DNA from: Nitrosopumilus sp.
GTDB lineage: Archaea; Thermoproteota; Nitrososphaeria; Nitrososphaerales; Nitrosopumilaceae
Length of the DNA: 64,000 nt
Reading direction: 5' to 3'
Assembly (NCBI GenBank): GCA_965223425.1
Contig: OZ245003.1
Location: 1-64,000, forward strand
The notes beneath the pieces are model-generated. The model had not been told where the DNA came from and did no database searches. It was given only the letters and a program-made list of their open reading frames with translations. Positions 63,274 through 64,000 of the stretch are shown here, in pieces; position 1 is the first letter of the stretch; every line of letters starts with the position of its first letter. The position numbers and the translations under genes are program-made.

Positions 63274-63290
63274 TACCGTAATTTACGGTA
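63274..63290. promoter_or_regulatory. 8-1-8 palindrome, putative operator
   Basis: TACCGTAA-T-TTACGGTA, 7 bp upstream of the 63266 ATG. Confidence 0.5.
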
Positions 63291-63454
63291 CTATCCTATA
63301 TGGGTTTTGGGGCAAAAAAAGGTCGGGATGATCATGTTCGAATCCGAACTCAAACGTAATTGTTGAATTCTAACCTCAACTTACCTCTGTACATGGCAAG
63401 GCCGGATTTAGACAGCAAAAATGGAGCTAATTTTGAGCTCGATAAAGTTGAGAG

Positions 63455-63528
63455 TGGGCCGAGAGAGATTCGAACTCACGATCACCGCCGTGTCGAGGCG
63501 GTATCCTAACCAGCTAGACTACCGGCCC
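63455..63528 (-). tRNA. tRNA-Val(GAC)
   Basis: GGGCCGG acceptor, CCGCC-TCGACAC-GGCGG anticodon arm, TTCGAAT T-loop; no encoded CCA. Confidence 0.95.
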
Positions 63529-63609
63529 ATTGAAAAACAAGACTAGATGCGGGATTATTAACGTTTAACAAAAGAAAGAAAGAATAAAAAGAAAGAATGC
63601 GTGAAGTAG

Positions 63610-64000
63610 TTGACAGAAAATTTTACTGAAGAAGAAAAAAGAGGTTTCTATAAAGCAATTTACTCAAGAAGAGATGTAAGATCTCATTTTATCTCAAACC
63701 CCATAGAAGATGATATTTTGTCAAAAATTCTACATGCCGCACATCATGCCCCATCAGTGGGATTTTCTCAACCCTGGAATTTTATTTTGATAAAAGATAT
63801 CGAGACGAAGAAGAAGATCAAAAAGTCTTTTGAAGAAGAAAAAGATCGCTCATCAAAATTAGTTGAGGAACCAAGGAGATCAAAATATCTCTCATTTAAG
63901 CTGGAAGGAATACTAGAATCTCCGGTAAATATTTGTGTAACATATGATCCTACAAAATTTGGTCCTTTTGTAATTGGCAGATCTAGCATTCCTGAAGCAG
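63610..64000 (+). CDS. bluB: 5,6-dimethylbenzimidazole synthase (nitroreductase family), truncated by window end
   Basis: Not in track; FYKAIYSRRDVRSHF..AAHHAPSVGFSQPWNFILI..KLEGILESP. Confidence 0.9.
   Translation, partial: MTENFTEEEKRGFYKAIYSRRDVRSHFISNPIEDDILSKILHAAHHAPSVGFSQPWNFILIKDIETKKKIKKSFEEEKDRSSKLVEEPRRSKYLSFKLEGILESPVNICVTYDPTKFGPFVIGRSSIPEA

Larger units (their letters stand above)
59372..63466. mobile_element. Decayed integrative element at the tRNA-Val 3' end
   Basis: att-like repeat AGTGGGCCG(G/A)GAGA at 59372-59385 and 63453-63466; contains an integrase pseudogene. Confidence 0.75.

Overview
Low-GC archaeal chromosome segment that looks like a Nitrosopumilaceae (ammonia-oxidising Thaumarchaeota) genome. 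Markers include a PEFG-CTERM protein, pyrBI, a split A-type ATP synthase cluster around amt, pyrH/tmk, the archaeal CoA operon (PoK-PPS-panB-coaBC), aCPSF1-psmB, egsA, rtcA, tRNA-Val(GAC) and the start of bluB. The core genes are intact. They are interrupted by five accessory stretches (about 19.9-24.1, 26.9-31.75, 41.4-43.2, 51.6-55.5 and 59.4-63.5 kb) packed with GC-richer IS elements (ISH3, IS110, IS630, IS5, IS66) and MITEs, many nested and several with readable target-site duplications (TSDs). Removing the IS elements by hand rebuilds hidden genes. The main one is a ~298-aa R-S-ExE ADP-ribosyltransferase in a three-gene operon on a decayed integrative element at tRNA-Val. Another is a 107-aa wHTH-like gene split by IS630, which is itself split by ISH3. 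Three islands share a convergent 'effector -> <- small wHTH' layout (RelE-like, 2TM, TIR/NDT-like). No CRISPR array or rRNA was seen. All family calls come from motif recognition by eye, not database searches.
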